Source of the DNA: Schmidtea polychroa
Lineage: Eukaryota
Reading direction: 5' to 3'
Length of the DNA stretch: 64,000 nt
Assembly (NCBI GenBank): GCA_044892525.1
Contig: CM097886.1
Coordinates: 14,570,001 to 14,634,000 of the forward strand
Shown here: piece after piece, positions 22,551 to 35,221 of the stretch
Numbering within the stretch: position 1 is the first letter of the stretch
Layout: each line of letters begins with the position of its first letter
Made by a program: the position numbers and the translations under genes
Notes under the pieces: model-generated
What the model was told of the DNA's origin: nothing
The model's database searches: none
What the model saw: only the letters and a program-made list of their open reading frames with translations

Positions 22551-24079
22551 ATATCCAATTCCCCAACAGTTCAATCCAATCCAATACAATCCAAAAACAA
22601 TAATTATCCTTTGTGATTCTATTAATCTAATTAACAATGTATATATATACTGTGTATGACATTCATTTATATTATTATTGACTATTTGCTATGATCCTAA
22701 ATGATTGTAAATATTTTATTATGGATACACTATGTTATATTTTATTTTAATTTGATTATTTTAATCGGTGTATAGATGTGATAATAGATTTAATATATAA
22801 ATACAAGGGAAACTATTTTAATAAATAAATTAATATAAATTATTATATATAAATTAATATAAATTTTAGAGTTTTAATATTCTTAGGAAAATATAAATCT
22901 GTTTCTGAAAACCTTTGAAATAAAATAATTAAATATAAGCACGCAAATAAATAGATTAATTAAAATCTTTTAATAAACACACAAGGCAAATATTAGAAGA
23001 ATAAATTTTAATTAAGTAAATATAATATTCCGTGCGTATATGCCGGAAATTAAAATATTTTATTTTACCGTCACTTAAAAATGGTATACCACACCAAAAT
23101 TTAGTAAATTCGCCCAAAATTTCTTGAATTATTCCTGAATCTTGAAGAAGCAAACTCTACGAGATTTCAAAATAAGACAGCACAAAACGTCTACCATATT
23201 GATTCTGCAATTATAATATAACACGCACGACATACATATTAACAATATACAACACGCATCGTTGATTTGTGAATTCTGAAAGGCTTAAAAGATAAATTTT
23301 GTAATTAAAACGTGAATTTTATTTATTAATAAAACTTTGTTCAACAGACTTATTTTTATTCAAATAATTATATAGGAACCAGTAAGCTGGGGTTTTAAAA
23401 AGTGAGACCTAAAGTGTGGGGTTGTCTGGAGCAACAATTTAGAGAAAGCCATACGCACTGAAATTAAATATATCAAATACTACGAAACGAAAATAAGTGA
23501 GCCATTAGATAATAAGGTAAAATGCGGTGAAACTACCTACTGCAACCATACGTAGGAGAAGCGTGAGTGGCACGAGTAAAACTCTGTACATTACACCTCA
23601 GCCCGGTAGAATCGCTTTAGTAGCAAGGACCTGAATATTTCATCTCATATTAACTTTAATTAAATTAATGGAAATTGTAAACCCCATTCTTAAATTAAGT
23701 AGTTACTTTAAACAATCTATAAATTTTGTTAAATTTAATATTCAACAATGAATAGAAATACGTAGAAGAGATTTTGTATTTCGGTCGTCTATGAAACTTA
23801 TATTTAGGTTCGATTTAAGGAATTTTAGAAAATATCATACCTTTGCGATTAATACACGATTGTTGAGAAAAATAGTTAGTTTGATTGTACAATATGTTCA
23901 TATTCTTACTTAAGTTTATTAAATTTAACTCAAATTTTAAGTGGATCAGTAACCTTTAATAAAAGTAGTTTAACGGCAGCATATTAAATGTTCACCGATG
24001 GTGAGAAAACTAATCTTGTAAACGTTTATTCCGCCTTTTTTCAAATTAAAAATACACTTGTCATCAGCAAAGGAGTTTA

Positions 24080-24450
24080 TTGTATTCTATAACTATCACA
24101 AGCATGTTTAACGCAGGACAAAGAAACGAACAAGCTGGTCCCTCGTCGACCGAATTAACCCCCGAGACAATCCAGATGGAGGCCGAAGACACAGCCAGTC
24201 TCGATCGAATCGAGGAACTAACACGTCTGCGATCGAGGTGGATTTGGTACTGCATCCACGATTGGACGTACCAGAATGTGACCCCAGTAACACCAAAAGT
24301 GGAGCCATACATAAATCACACGAAGCTGGAGTTAATGGGGGCCTTCAGGACGTCAAGATAGTCCTAGATCGGCTGCAGAGATTGGAAACGGAAACTCTGG
24401 CCGGTGAGCTAGAGGACCCCGATGGATCTGCCAAGTTGCATTGCTATTAT
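24080..24450 (+). pseudogene. Unknown ORF relic, convergent with the UBL ORF
   Basis: Overlapping + strand frames 24,080-24,361 and 24,238-24,585 in a locally GC-richer block; no recognised motif. Confidence 0.35.
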
Positions 24451-25122
24451 TCGATCCATCTTTGCTCTCATTCCCCATTGGAATCTCTTGATTTGTTGAT
24501 CGGTTTTGGTGGCGTTTTTGTGTCCACCCGATGGTTCATCCATCGCGATTATATTAATGACGGCTCCATCTTCCCAGATTCCTAGTTCGTAAATTACAGT
24601 TCGGTCTCCTCTTTCTAGCATGTGCCGGTTGTACATTATTATCACATCTTCGATCATTCCATCCTCACTATTTTCTCGAGCCTTTTGGATGATCTCTTGA
24701 TCTATGATTCGTACTAATTCGTCAACTTGGCAATCGGGATTAACTTCTATTATTTGTTTCTCTTCATTTGGCAACTTCACCTTCATTTTTATTGTTTCTT
24801 GTTCGCATTTGGTTCTCTCGTATTCTCCGTATTTTGATATCAATTCTGTTGCACGTACGTCTTTGACAAATTGTTTCATTAGTTGTGCCCATCTTTCTTT
24901 CAGTCTATTAATATATTTCCTTGCCTGATCGATAGCTTGTTTGACCAAGATTATTTGGTTTTCTTTCATTATTTTTCGTTCGATCTTTTCCAATTCTGGT
25001 TCTACTTCATTGTTAAACACTTGTTGGATTTTCTTGAACATTTCTGCTACCGATTCGTCATCTCTGGTTTTCTCTAAGGTTAAGATGTTAGTTTCGTTTG
25101 GCCATATCATCGCATCTACCAA
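24409..25122 (-). CDS. Coiled-coil plus ubiquitin-like domain protein with internal di-Gly (first ATG at 25,110)
   Basis: aa 111-200 (IKMKVKLPNEEKQIIEVNPDCQVDELVRII...VIIMYNRHMLERGDRTVIYELGIWEDGAVINIIAMDEPSGG) follow the beta-grasp pattern of ubiquitin; 237-codon open frame in AT-rich DNA. Confidence 0.65.
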   Translation of the reverse strand: MVDAMIWPNETNILTLEKTRDDESVAEMFKKIQQVFNNEVEPELEKIERKIMKENQIILVKQAIDQARKYINRLKERWAQLMKQFVKDVRATELISKYGEYERTKCEQETIKMKVKLPNEEKQIIEVNPDCQVDELVRIIDQEIIQKARENSEDGMIEDVIIMYNRHMLERGDRTVIYELGIWEDGAVINIIAMDEPSGGHKNATKTDQQIKRFQWGMRAKMDRIIAMQLGRSIGVL

Positions 25123-25904
25123 ATGTATGTCCGTAAAACGACAATCGCACTGAATTCTCTTCGGCTATAACTTGTGTTATAGTGTTCGATATATATATCT
25201 ATAACAGTATAAAGTATGTAGTTAGTTATTTGTAATAAGAAGTTTGAAGAACCCGATAGAGTCACCGATAAAAAATATGGCGGGACAATAGGGGTGCGTG
25301 TATGTAATTAACAAAAGACCTCACAAGAATGTTACTAAATCGTATCACAAAAAAATAATAATGCACAGTTTAACTAACAAACGTTTTATTAAGTAATAAA
25401 TAATATGGAACCTGTATAAAACTGAATGTTGTAGGTTGAATTTCAGGGTCCAAATGCAGTTAATATGTTAGATAATCGTCTGGTTGTAGATGATATGAGT
25501 TTGTAGAATAATCTTCTGATTATAGATGATATTTATTTGTAGAATAATCTTCTGATTATAAATGATATTTTAATTGTTTATTGATTTTAATTAGTTTTCG
25601 TTATAGTTTCTATATAGTTTTTTTAAAACATTTCGTTTCGTGCTATTGGGACACAGAAATGAAAATAAAGACAAAACCTAATTTGGGAACAGTTTTGATT
25701 CATAAAATGATAAAATGTGGCATCGCATATTCTCTTATTCTTGTAGTTTGTTCTAGTGGGTGTAACCATACCTTGTTTTGATTCACTTGACTTAGTTTGT
25801 ATATTGTGATATAGATCATTCAATTTGGCTTGACAATGGTTTTATATTAATTTTAGTTGCTCACTATTCTAATTTATTTGTTTTTTTATAATAAATTTAC
25901 AAAA

Positions 25905-25944
25905 AAGTTAGAGAGCCGGTGGCCAAAAAGTTTCAGAAACACTG
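25905..25944 (+). mobile_element. Orphan hAT (Buster-type) right end
   Basis: GGTGGCCAAAAAGTTTCAGAAACACTG followed by GTTTAAAC (nnnTAnnn). Confidence 0.55.
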
Positions 25945-27390
25945 GTTTAAACCATAACTCTGTTTGATGATATTGAAATTATAGTCTCTTAAATTTATTT
26001 GAATACTGAAGATTGATGAAGATATAAATTTGTATATTGAGGCAGATTTTAATTATGAAATCATTGTTTACTTTTTATGATTAACTTTAATCTTATTTAT
26101 ATTATTTATTTTTTAACAGAATTTAGGATTAAGAATATTTCATTTATGTTGTAAAATTTTTGATGATACAAAAAAAACTCGCATTAAAGCTTTAAAAGAA
26201 ACCTGACAGAAACCAGTAAAATCTCTCTACAATGGTTGAAATCATCCATTGAAATCTGTAAAATTGGCCGGTAAATATTTTCTAAGGAAAACGTTATGTT
26301 TCTACTACATATCTATAAAAAAAATTCCCATAAAACACGCTCTTCCAACATACTCAAACTGATCAGATAATGATCCTCATTCAGTGGAACCTATGGTATA
26401 TAGCCGACAAAGATAATTTCTATAGACAAATAACCTATCTCATTAGCAAATAGTTCAATGTACGCCAACCATTTGTTAGGTTCGATGGGTAGGTACTCGA
26501 ACTAACACAATCTTAAATCTGACTCCAATAAACTGATTGTAAAACGTGTAGGTGAGTTTAGGTTATTTCTAAGGATCAAGGCTGGCCCAGAATGCGCCAA
26601 CAGCCCGATATAGGTGTCAAGATCAAGAAGGGTTATCCGAATTTTAATCGAGATAGTGTCAACCCAGAAAATGGTTAACACTTTAATTATAATCGAAGCG
26701 AGACAGTTACAAAAACGTATGCTGACGCTATACACTTTAAATTTAATTAATTAAACTAAAATCTACAAATTTACCAGATTAGTGTGAAATCTCCCTAGAT
26801 CCCAAAATATCCACACGATTTGAAATGAAAGTTCGCGATACAAATTCCAAAATCCAAATTGCTATAAACCAGAATTGGTTCTTAATAGCAAAGCAATTTT
26901 ATCAATATCGAGAATTCCGATCAAATATAATCAATACAATCACTATTGCTCAAGTACTTTCAAACTATTGCGTTTGTGTATTCTGTTCGGTTTTGTATCT
27001 ATCAACTCTTCTAATCTAAATTCCGTCACAAATTGTGTCTGACTATATGGTGTGTCTCGTTGTCTGAGTTGTCTTCGAATGAGTATAACTTTGAGTTTTA
27101 ATTATTGGTCCCTCAACTAAAATATATTTCTGTATTTATATTAAATTATAATTCTACTGATCTATTTATGGTAATTGTTTAATTACCAAAAATACTTATA
27201 ATTCTTTATTTAAATGCTATTTTTTATTTATAGTAATTTATTGTTTTTATTTTAATTCTAATTGTAGTAATTATTAATGATTAAATTCTATTTAAAGTAA
27301 TAATTAAATACTATTTATAAATTATTTTATTTATTTTCTAAAACCTCCTTATGTCTTTATCCCGGCTCCTACTGAACCGCAACACCTTAA

Positions 27391-27580
27391 CCCTTTTATC
27401 GTGGTGTCATGAGTTAACTCGACACGAAAATTCAAGTTTTTCTTATTTTCCTCACAATTTCTAAGACTCATTTTCACTTAAAAAAACATTTTATTTTGCC
27501 AGGACAATATAACATCAAATTATGAATGAAAAAAATATACGGTTTGCATAACAAAAAGTATTTTTTATCACGATAAAGAG
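27391..27580. mobile_element. piggyBac-type MITE (190 bp)
   Basis: TTAA|CCCTTTTATCGTGG...TCACGATAAAGAG|TTAA. Confidence 0.75.
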
Positions 27581-29379
27581 TTAATCAGAAAACACTCGTA
27601 ACTCTTGACACATTGGTTGAGTAATTAGATTTGGTTCAAAGCCCAAGATATTTTATGGTGATCCATGATCGTTGAGAAGTTTTATAATATAATTATTGTT
27701 ATTAATTTTAATTAGTTATGTTAGTATTATCATTACTAGTGCTATTATTATTATAACTATCATATTATTTTTATCATTCACAATACAATTTAATTAAGAT
27801 ATATAATTACTATAATTAAATAAGTTGGGAAATTTATTAATATAAATGTGAACTTTTACTCAAAAATTACAAAATTTTGTGTTGAGCTGAATCAATATTG
27901 ATTACAAAAAACACTAACCAGCTGAGCTTACAATAAGTAATAATATAACAGCTGTCAAATTTGGGAAGTCATTCGAAGACCACAAAGGAAGCATAATAAG
28001 CGTTGAATAATAATAAATACCAGCTGCGGGTATAAATCCCAGCAGTTGCACATTTAAAGTAGTATAAAAGGGTATCCTCAAATTGAGAAAAATAACAGAA
28101 AGAAAACTAAAAGCTATATCAGCTTAAAGTAACTCCTGAAACCAGAAGAAAATTAAAATCTATAAGATTCTTAAACAGAAGGTTATTTGAATTCTATTTG
28201 ATTATAATTTTTTAAATTTAAAAATTGCACAACCCGACCACGAGAAGCAGCAATTCGGTCTTACTCGTCGGATTAAAATTTTAGAAAGGGATCACTTTAA
28301 GAAACGTTAAATCGACCTTGATCTAATCAACAGCGCAAACTTCTGCAAACTCATACATCTTGATCCATTCTTTTATACATGGCTGAGAGGCATTAGTTCC
28401 AGCGTTTGTTCTTTACCTGAGAACGGTTCGAATAACCGATTTCTTGACTTAGTATTTTAGCGACATTTTTTGGCTACACATTAATAAATTTTGTATAATT
28501 TGTGCATAATAAATAAATCTTTAATAGTATCAAAGTCTCGGTTAAATCATATATATTTATTTATATATTTACACGCACATATATTTTATATCTTTGAAAT
28601 CTATCCACCAGATCAGAACCTAACATTATTATTATTACCATCATTGCATGTGATTGCCAAAGGGGTATATAACAACCTGCAAAGTGTCTACGTCAACGAA
28701 AAAAAAATTGGGGGTCTACGATAATCGATCTTAACATACACTAATAGTACCTATTTACTTACATTATACAATCTTATAATATAAAGCCATATTTATAAAA
28801 GTACCTATGAAGTAAAATATTTATTATATATGTTTAAAAAATTGTGTAAGTTGTAGGATGTAGGCATTCGCTTTGTGGACGCAATACATTTTGAACTTGT
28901 AAAACCTGCACATAATGATATACCAGTATCATCTTGTTTCAAGTATAGGCGCAGCAAAATTTCTTGTCAATTTTTGTCTCAGAGCTTCGCGAACTTGCAC
29001 TGGACTTGTTCAATTCGTCACTCTATGAATAAGAATGTGAGACAAATACATTTATTCTTAAAAAAATTATACTTATACTTAAAAAAATATAAACTGGTAG
29101 TTTATCGCACAAATTATAGTGAATCAGTGTTATTTTGTTTGAGAGTGCCGGAGAAAAGTATATTATTTTTATTAAATTTATTATTAAAAATTATGTTTGA
29201 ATTAAACTACATATTTTGGCCAATTACATAAATAAATATGTATGTGTCAATATTTACTTATTTACGACCTTGCTAGATATTTATTATTCTTTTATAAATA
29301 CATATCTTACCAAATAACTTCATAAAAAGAGTAAAAAAATTGTACTTGTGTCCATTGGTCGTTACACTGTGAATGTTTT

Positions 29380-29425
29380 ACTGGAATGCTCGGATTACTG
29401 AAGTTCGGATTATGGGTATTGACTG
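29380..29425. mobile_element. pogo/Tigger-type MITE end
   Basis: CGGATTACTGAAGTTCGGATTATGGGTATTGACTG|TA; partner end not found. Confidence 0.45.
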
Positions 29426-29663
29426 TACATACTTCTCTATATTAAAATTAAAATTTTGTATTATTGCTAAAGTGGAACCAATGAATTTTTACACATGACA
29501 GTCGAATGTACGTAGAGATAAATCGCATAATAATATGTTATTATTATTCGTTGTGTAATGTACAGCTATTTTTATTAATATTTTAGTGTTCACAATTAGG
29601 AATTGTGAATACTAAAATATAAAATGCCACCATCTGGGAAATCCAGAATTTTAAAAAAAACTA

Positions 29664-29699
29664 TATAGCGATAATTTACTATAGTAAATTATCGCTATA
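29664..29699. repeat. Perfect 36-bp palindrome, no loop
   Basis: TATAGCGATAATTTACTATAGTAAATTATCGCTATA. Confidence 0.95.
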
Positions 29700-30399
29700 G
29701 TAAATAAAAAAATTTTAAAAAAATCAATAACCAAATAATACAAAAACAAGCCCAAGCAGAAATTACTTACGAAAGTTAGGAAATTTAATCCAGAATCAAA
29801 CGAACGAAAAATCAAATAATCATTGATAACATTAGTAAAGATAAAGATTCAACGATAATATAGTTTCAACTTTAGACAAAAAAATACAGAAGATACAAGA
29901 GAGAAACCTATCAGAAAGAAATCTAAAGTCGGGTGACGTCAATTCTGATAACGACAATCAAAGAACGTTACAATACAGCTGTAAAAACCTTGCGGATATA
30001 AGGAACTAAATTAAAAATAGAATACGAAAAAATTACAGTATCAAAGAATCAGAACAACAAAACTAAGAACGTTTGAAGTTAGCCGGTTGTAGAAACTCAG
30101 GTCATTCGTTTTTTTTATTTTGAATAAAAGTTCTAGTTCGCTATATATTATTGTTTGTTTTTATTTTTATTTTATTTGTAGCTACATTATTAGTAAACAC
30201 AGCACGCACCCCGATTGTCCCGCCACAAGTTTTAATGGTGACTCTTTCGGGCTCATCAAATTTCTTAACAACAACATACACAAATATAATAAGAACATAC
30301 TAATATAACACGTTGTATAATATTTTATTTTAACATTTTTTGTCATGTTACTTTCAAATATCTACTTAGTTATTTAAATAGATCAATTTTGTCCACAGA

Positions 30400-31172
30400 T
30401 GACTGATGCCTGGCAAACAATTGCCTTTATGCCTTTTGTGAAACAAAGTTTTTGGCAATGACGCTATGAAACCATCTAAGCTGCAGGATCATCTGAGAAG
30501 ATGTCATCCTGATAAAACATTTAAATGCCCTCTATTCAGATTTTGAAACTAGGTTTCAGAATGTTTTGACTATGATAATACCACCGTGGATTATTAACCC
30601 ATATGGTGACATAGAAGAAACGAATGTCATAATACAAGAGAAACAGACTGAAGTACAAACGAAGAACTTTAGGTTAAGTTTAAAAACGGATATCAGCAAT
30701 TCTGGCTGCAAAAAACATACCCGTTACTTATCCCGTATTATGGAATATAGCGAGGAAATTTTCAATTTCCTTTCCATAGTCATACCTAGTGGAAAGGGGG
30801 TTCAGCACTGTTACGAATCTCCTAACGAAAAAAAGAAACAGGCTGGACATCATTAGCCGTGGAGATTTAAGATTAAACCTTACAAAATTGACGCCAAATG
30901 TTGATAATTTTTTATTAAAGCATCAGGTTCATCCTTCACACTAAAACATTTACTTATTGCTTAGTTTATTTTATGTTTATTTTATGTTACGCATATTTTA
31001 TATAACAGAAACAAAATTTTATTTTGAGTAGTTTTAATTTAAATTCAATTAATAAATGTATAAAACTTAACATGTGATTTTACTTTAAGTTTTTTACACT
31101 AAACGGTCAGAAATTTACAAAAAATCAATATCAGGCAAGGGGTATACGACACAAAATATTTGGGAACATCTG
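30400..31172 (+). mobile_element. hAT (Buster/SPIN-like) transposase 3' relic with right TIR
   Basis: PPWIINPY...IQEK.TE.QT; frameshifted PS...GFSA...RGDLRL.LT...NVD.....HQVHPSH; TIR ...TTTGGGAACATCTG followed by GGCTAATA. Confidence 0.8.
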
Positions 31173-32698
31173 GGCTAATACTTCATAAAGTCAGTGAAAC
31201 GGTGACGGTATTTTTTAATAGTTAGATAGACAGTTAGTGAAATTTGGCTGCGATTTGGAAAATATAATCTAATACAACTTCTTCAGAGGATTAGTAAGGC
31301 GTTCACAGAAGCACAAATAACAGACCAACGGTTATTGCGACACAAGTTTATTGAAGCTCTTCCAAAGGAAATTAAGCTCATAATCACAAGTTTTTAAAAA
31401 AAGTCTACGGAACAATTGTCTGCAATAACAGACGGGATGATGGCAGGCATGGAAAATGAAACACCATATTCGAATTACAATTTTAAAATCCAGGCATTAA
31501 TGGATGAAATCGCGGAATTAAAAGAAGAAATATTCTATTTAAAGGAAACTCCCAAGAAATCAAAATGCCTTAGCTTCTATCACAGTATTTATGGAAAAAA
31601 CGCCAGGAAATGTGACAAACTGAAAGATGGATCCCGATGTGCTTCATATATGCCGGGAGATGGAAAAACGCTTCGAAATTAACCACCGTCGAAGCTTGTA
31701 TTCAAAAGCTGTATACAGTAAATCAAATCTTCATTTTAATTAATAAGACAAATTTTTAGTGGAAACAGGAGCATCTGTTTCATGTTTGCCACGAAAATTT
31801 TTCAAGCCAGAAATTCCGTGCTCATCTCGACTTACAGCTGCTAATAGTACTCCAATAAAATGTTATGGGAATAGGAAGATTGATTTACGAATCGATGACA
31901 AAACAATTAGTTGGCTTTTCCATGTATGCGATGTATCACAGCCTATTCTTGGTGCACATTTTCTAGCAGCACATCACGCTTTAATCGACTACAAGTTGAA
32001 AAGAGTTTCAATTAATTCGATAGTTGATAATAATCTTTTGAGTTACTTCAACAAACCAGAATGTAGCGCCAAGATCACATGACATTGTTTTAAATGATAT
32101 CGTCAAGACTATTATATGGCGACAAATTAAAAGCTGCCAAAGATTGGTTTAATAAAATGGTAGACACTGGCAAATGTCGATTATCAAACTCACCGATTTC
32201 TTTTTCACTGGTCGTTGTAAATCAAAATGGAAAATAGATTTTGCGGTAATTAAAGAAATCTGAATACAGAAACCGTCCCTGATAGATATTCAATTCCAAG
32301 AATCGAGGATATATTGTAGATTGTGAGAAATAAAAAATACTTCTCTACTATCGACCTTGGAAAAGAGTATCTACAAATTCCAATGAACGAAAATGACATT
32401 CCAAAGACAACAATAACTACTCCGTTTGATATGTACGAATTTCTTTTTATGTCATTTTTATTACGAAATGCCACATCGACTTTTCAAAGAACAATTGACG
32501 CAATACTGTGGAAATTTCCATTCGCAAGAGCATACTTGGATGCAACAGATACAGAAGAGGATCATGACAACCATTTAAAAATAATTGCAAATGAATTAAA
32601 TAAAGTTGGATTGTTAATAAATGTAAGGAAATGCTAAAAATCTGAAGTAGATTTTTTGGGCCATCACATATCAAGAACTGAAATTTGTATATATGGTT

Positions 32699-32831
32699 AC
32701 GTTCCCAATAGTGTACCTGGGTATAAATAACCAATTAGAGTACCCGGGTATACTAATTGGATTTATTATTTTTTCAGAATATTGCCATTTTCCAATTAGA
32801 GTACCCGGGTATTATATTCAGAACTTTACGG
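32699..32831. mobile_element. Small pogo-like MITE relic inside the RT
   Basis: Two CCAATTAGAGTACCCGGGTAT copies and end ...AGAACTTTACGG|TA, interrupting RT between FLGHHIS and RRYLGIINFY. Confidence 0.5.
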
Positions 32832-34094
32832 TAAGAAGATATTTAGGTATAATTAATTTTTATAATCGTTTCATTTCAGAGTCTGCAAATAAATTGGAAT
32901 TATTATATAAACTCATCAATTCTAAATCCAAAAAGATAATTTGGACGGAGGAAAGTCTAAAATGTTTTGATGAAGCGAAACAATTATTACAAAAAACGAC
33001 TGAACTCGCGTTATTTCATGAATCAGAACCTACCACCTTGAGAACTGATGCCTCAGGATCAGGTATTGGAGTAGTAAAACGGTCGACCTATATCATTTTT
33101 TAGCAGACTGTTAACGAAGACAGAATCTAGATACAGTACATACGACAGATTATTACTTCCAATATACAAAGCTTGCAAGCACTTCCATCATTTTCTCGAA
33201 GCCACTGAATTTGTGATACAGACGAATCACAAACCAATCGCCCAACGACAACAAAAGGACCCAAGCAACAGACAATGCAAGATAGTTTACTGCCATGGAA
33301 AAAAAAACAAATTGCTGATGCACTCTCTAGAACAGACGCTCAATTAGTTTCAGAAAACGTTTACCCGTGACCGAATGAAGAGATACTACAAAAGCAGAAA
33401 GAAGAGATGAAGCATAATAAAGATGAATTATTAATGAAGAATGGGAAATTAATATTACCACCGAGTCTCAGAAGAGAAGTTTTTCAGATGACTCACAATG
33501 TCGCTCATCCAGGAATACGAAGGACCAAAAAGTTGATGTTGAGCTCATATACATGGCACAAGATGACAAAGGATGTCCAGATGTGGTGTCAGCAATGCGA
33601 TTCCTGCTCAAAATCAAAGGTATATCTTCATATCAAAGCACCATTGCAAACCTTCCCAGCAACTAGTCGGTTTCATACACTTCACATGGATATTGTTGGA
33701 GCTCTTTCAGCAAATAACGTAAGTCCTATTTACTCACAATGATCGATAGACAAACATCATGGCCTGAGATATTGGCCATTAAAAACATAAATTCAGAAAC
33801 CGTGGCAAAATCACTAATTGGATTTTCCGATATGGAATCCCATCTGAAATCGTAACAGATCACGATAGGCAATTTACAAGCTCTTTATTCCAGTATCATC
33901 CTCAAGCAAACGGAAAAGTAGAAAGATTACTTCGGCACAGAAAGCATTTGGATGTGATCTTGCTGTACCAGGAATTATGTTAAATTCCCCAAAAGAAGCT
34001 TCTCCACATCAATTAAAAGAAATTATTGAGATTCAGAATAATCGAAAGACCATTGCAAGATGGTATGACGATCCCAAAATCTATTAAGGACTGT

Positions 34095-35221
34095 GAATTC
34101 GTCTCTCTCGCCTGATCCTCAATTCTTCTCTTTTTCCATGGCAAACTTCTCATACTTCTAACCGTTGTCCTGTACTGGGGTCAATTCGATAGATCTCGAT
34201 AACTTTATATAGAATCTAATCACCTTCCAATTCCTACCTACAATCCTCATTTCGATGTCTCCTGTCTCAGGAGAGTGATCAATCATAACAACTGCTCATC
34301 AATTCTTAACATTCCTCAATCATTGCTTCTACCTGCATAGCATTCTGGAACCATATATTCATATCTCTAATAAATTCATCATTCATAGATACCGCCAAGG
34401 ATATGTTCAAATCATTTTCCGTTGAAATGGCATTATTGAATCACAAGTCATAGTTAAATAATTTAATTTGCTGAATTTAAATAAATTATATGAAGAGAAA
34501 AGAGAAAACGGTTTTAACCAAATTTTTGATATTTTAACCCAACATTACATATTAAAAATTAGATATACATAAGATAAATATAAACCAAAAATTACAATCT
34601 TACCAGTTCCTGTTCGTCGAATCTAAGGTTTTTTAAGTGGAATACTGCGCTGCTATTCAAAAACTGACAATAAATGTTCCGAAATAGTATAGTTAACAAT
34701 GAATTTGTCGCTTAGTGAAAATTTTAATAATTGACCTAAGTCTGAATCAAAATTTTAACAATTGAGGGAATCAGTCGTCGTTTTTTTATATACTAAATTT
34801 CGTCCAATCAGGGTCTAGGTATGGTGTAAAATGATATTTTTCCATTTTTTATTCTTTGAAAATCTTTTTCTTAGGTTTTATTTGTTTATTTTGTGATTTA
34901 TTTAATGATTTTGTTATTCTTATTTTCCTCTTTCTTTGGCTCGATCCTGTTGGCTATGTTGTTTGTGATTTTTATGTTTTATTCGATTTATTTTCCTGGA
35001 CATCCTTTTCATTAATTATTATTTCTTTTGCTTATTTTATTATTGTTATTTTGCTTTTGGTGTTTTTAATTTCATTTTTCTTTAATTGTTTTATTCCCTC
35101 ATGGTTGTTGTTATATATTTTATGCTTGGTTAGTTACTATTTGCTGTATTTTTTTAATTATTTTTCTTATTCTTTATTTTTACTTTTTACATTTCGGACC
35201 TTCCCGGTTTTTAGCCCAACA
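34095..35221. mobile_element. Insertion in the Gypsy integrase, ending in an LTR-like terminus
   Basis: The integrase frame stops at KDCEFV and resumes at YFKL...VSVDRLKPA; the T-rich arm ends TTAGCCCAACA at 35,221; no TSD resolved. Confidence 0.5.

Noticed and set aside
23370-23630. Possible structured RNA (group II intron domain V, RNase P/MRP)
   Set aside because: Only partial resemblance (GAGCC...GCGGTGAAA); required helices and conserved boxes not found; left unassigned
26474-26507. Tiny TG...CA hairpin as a collapsed LTR
   Set aside because: Flanks CATT/CAAT are not a perfect TSD; an 11-bp stem could be chance
28200-28480. Gag N-terminal relic on the minus strand
   Set aside because: FEPFSGK...IKEWIKMYE is suggestive but too short and broken to call
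30235-30265. Hammerhead in the dispersed motif (minus strand TTGATGAGCCCGAAA)
   Set aside because: Stem II is too short and GAAA is not conserved in the other two copies
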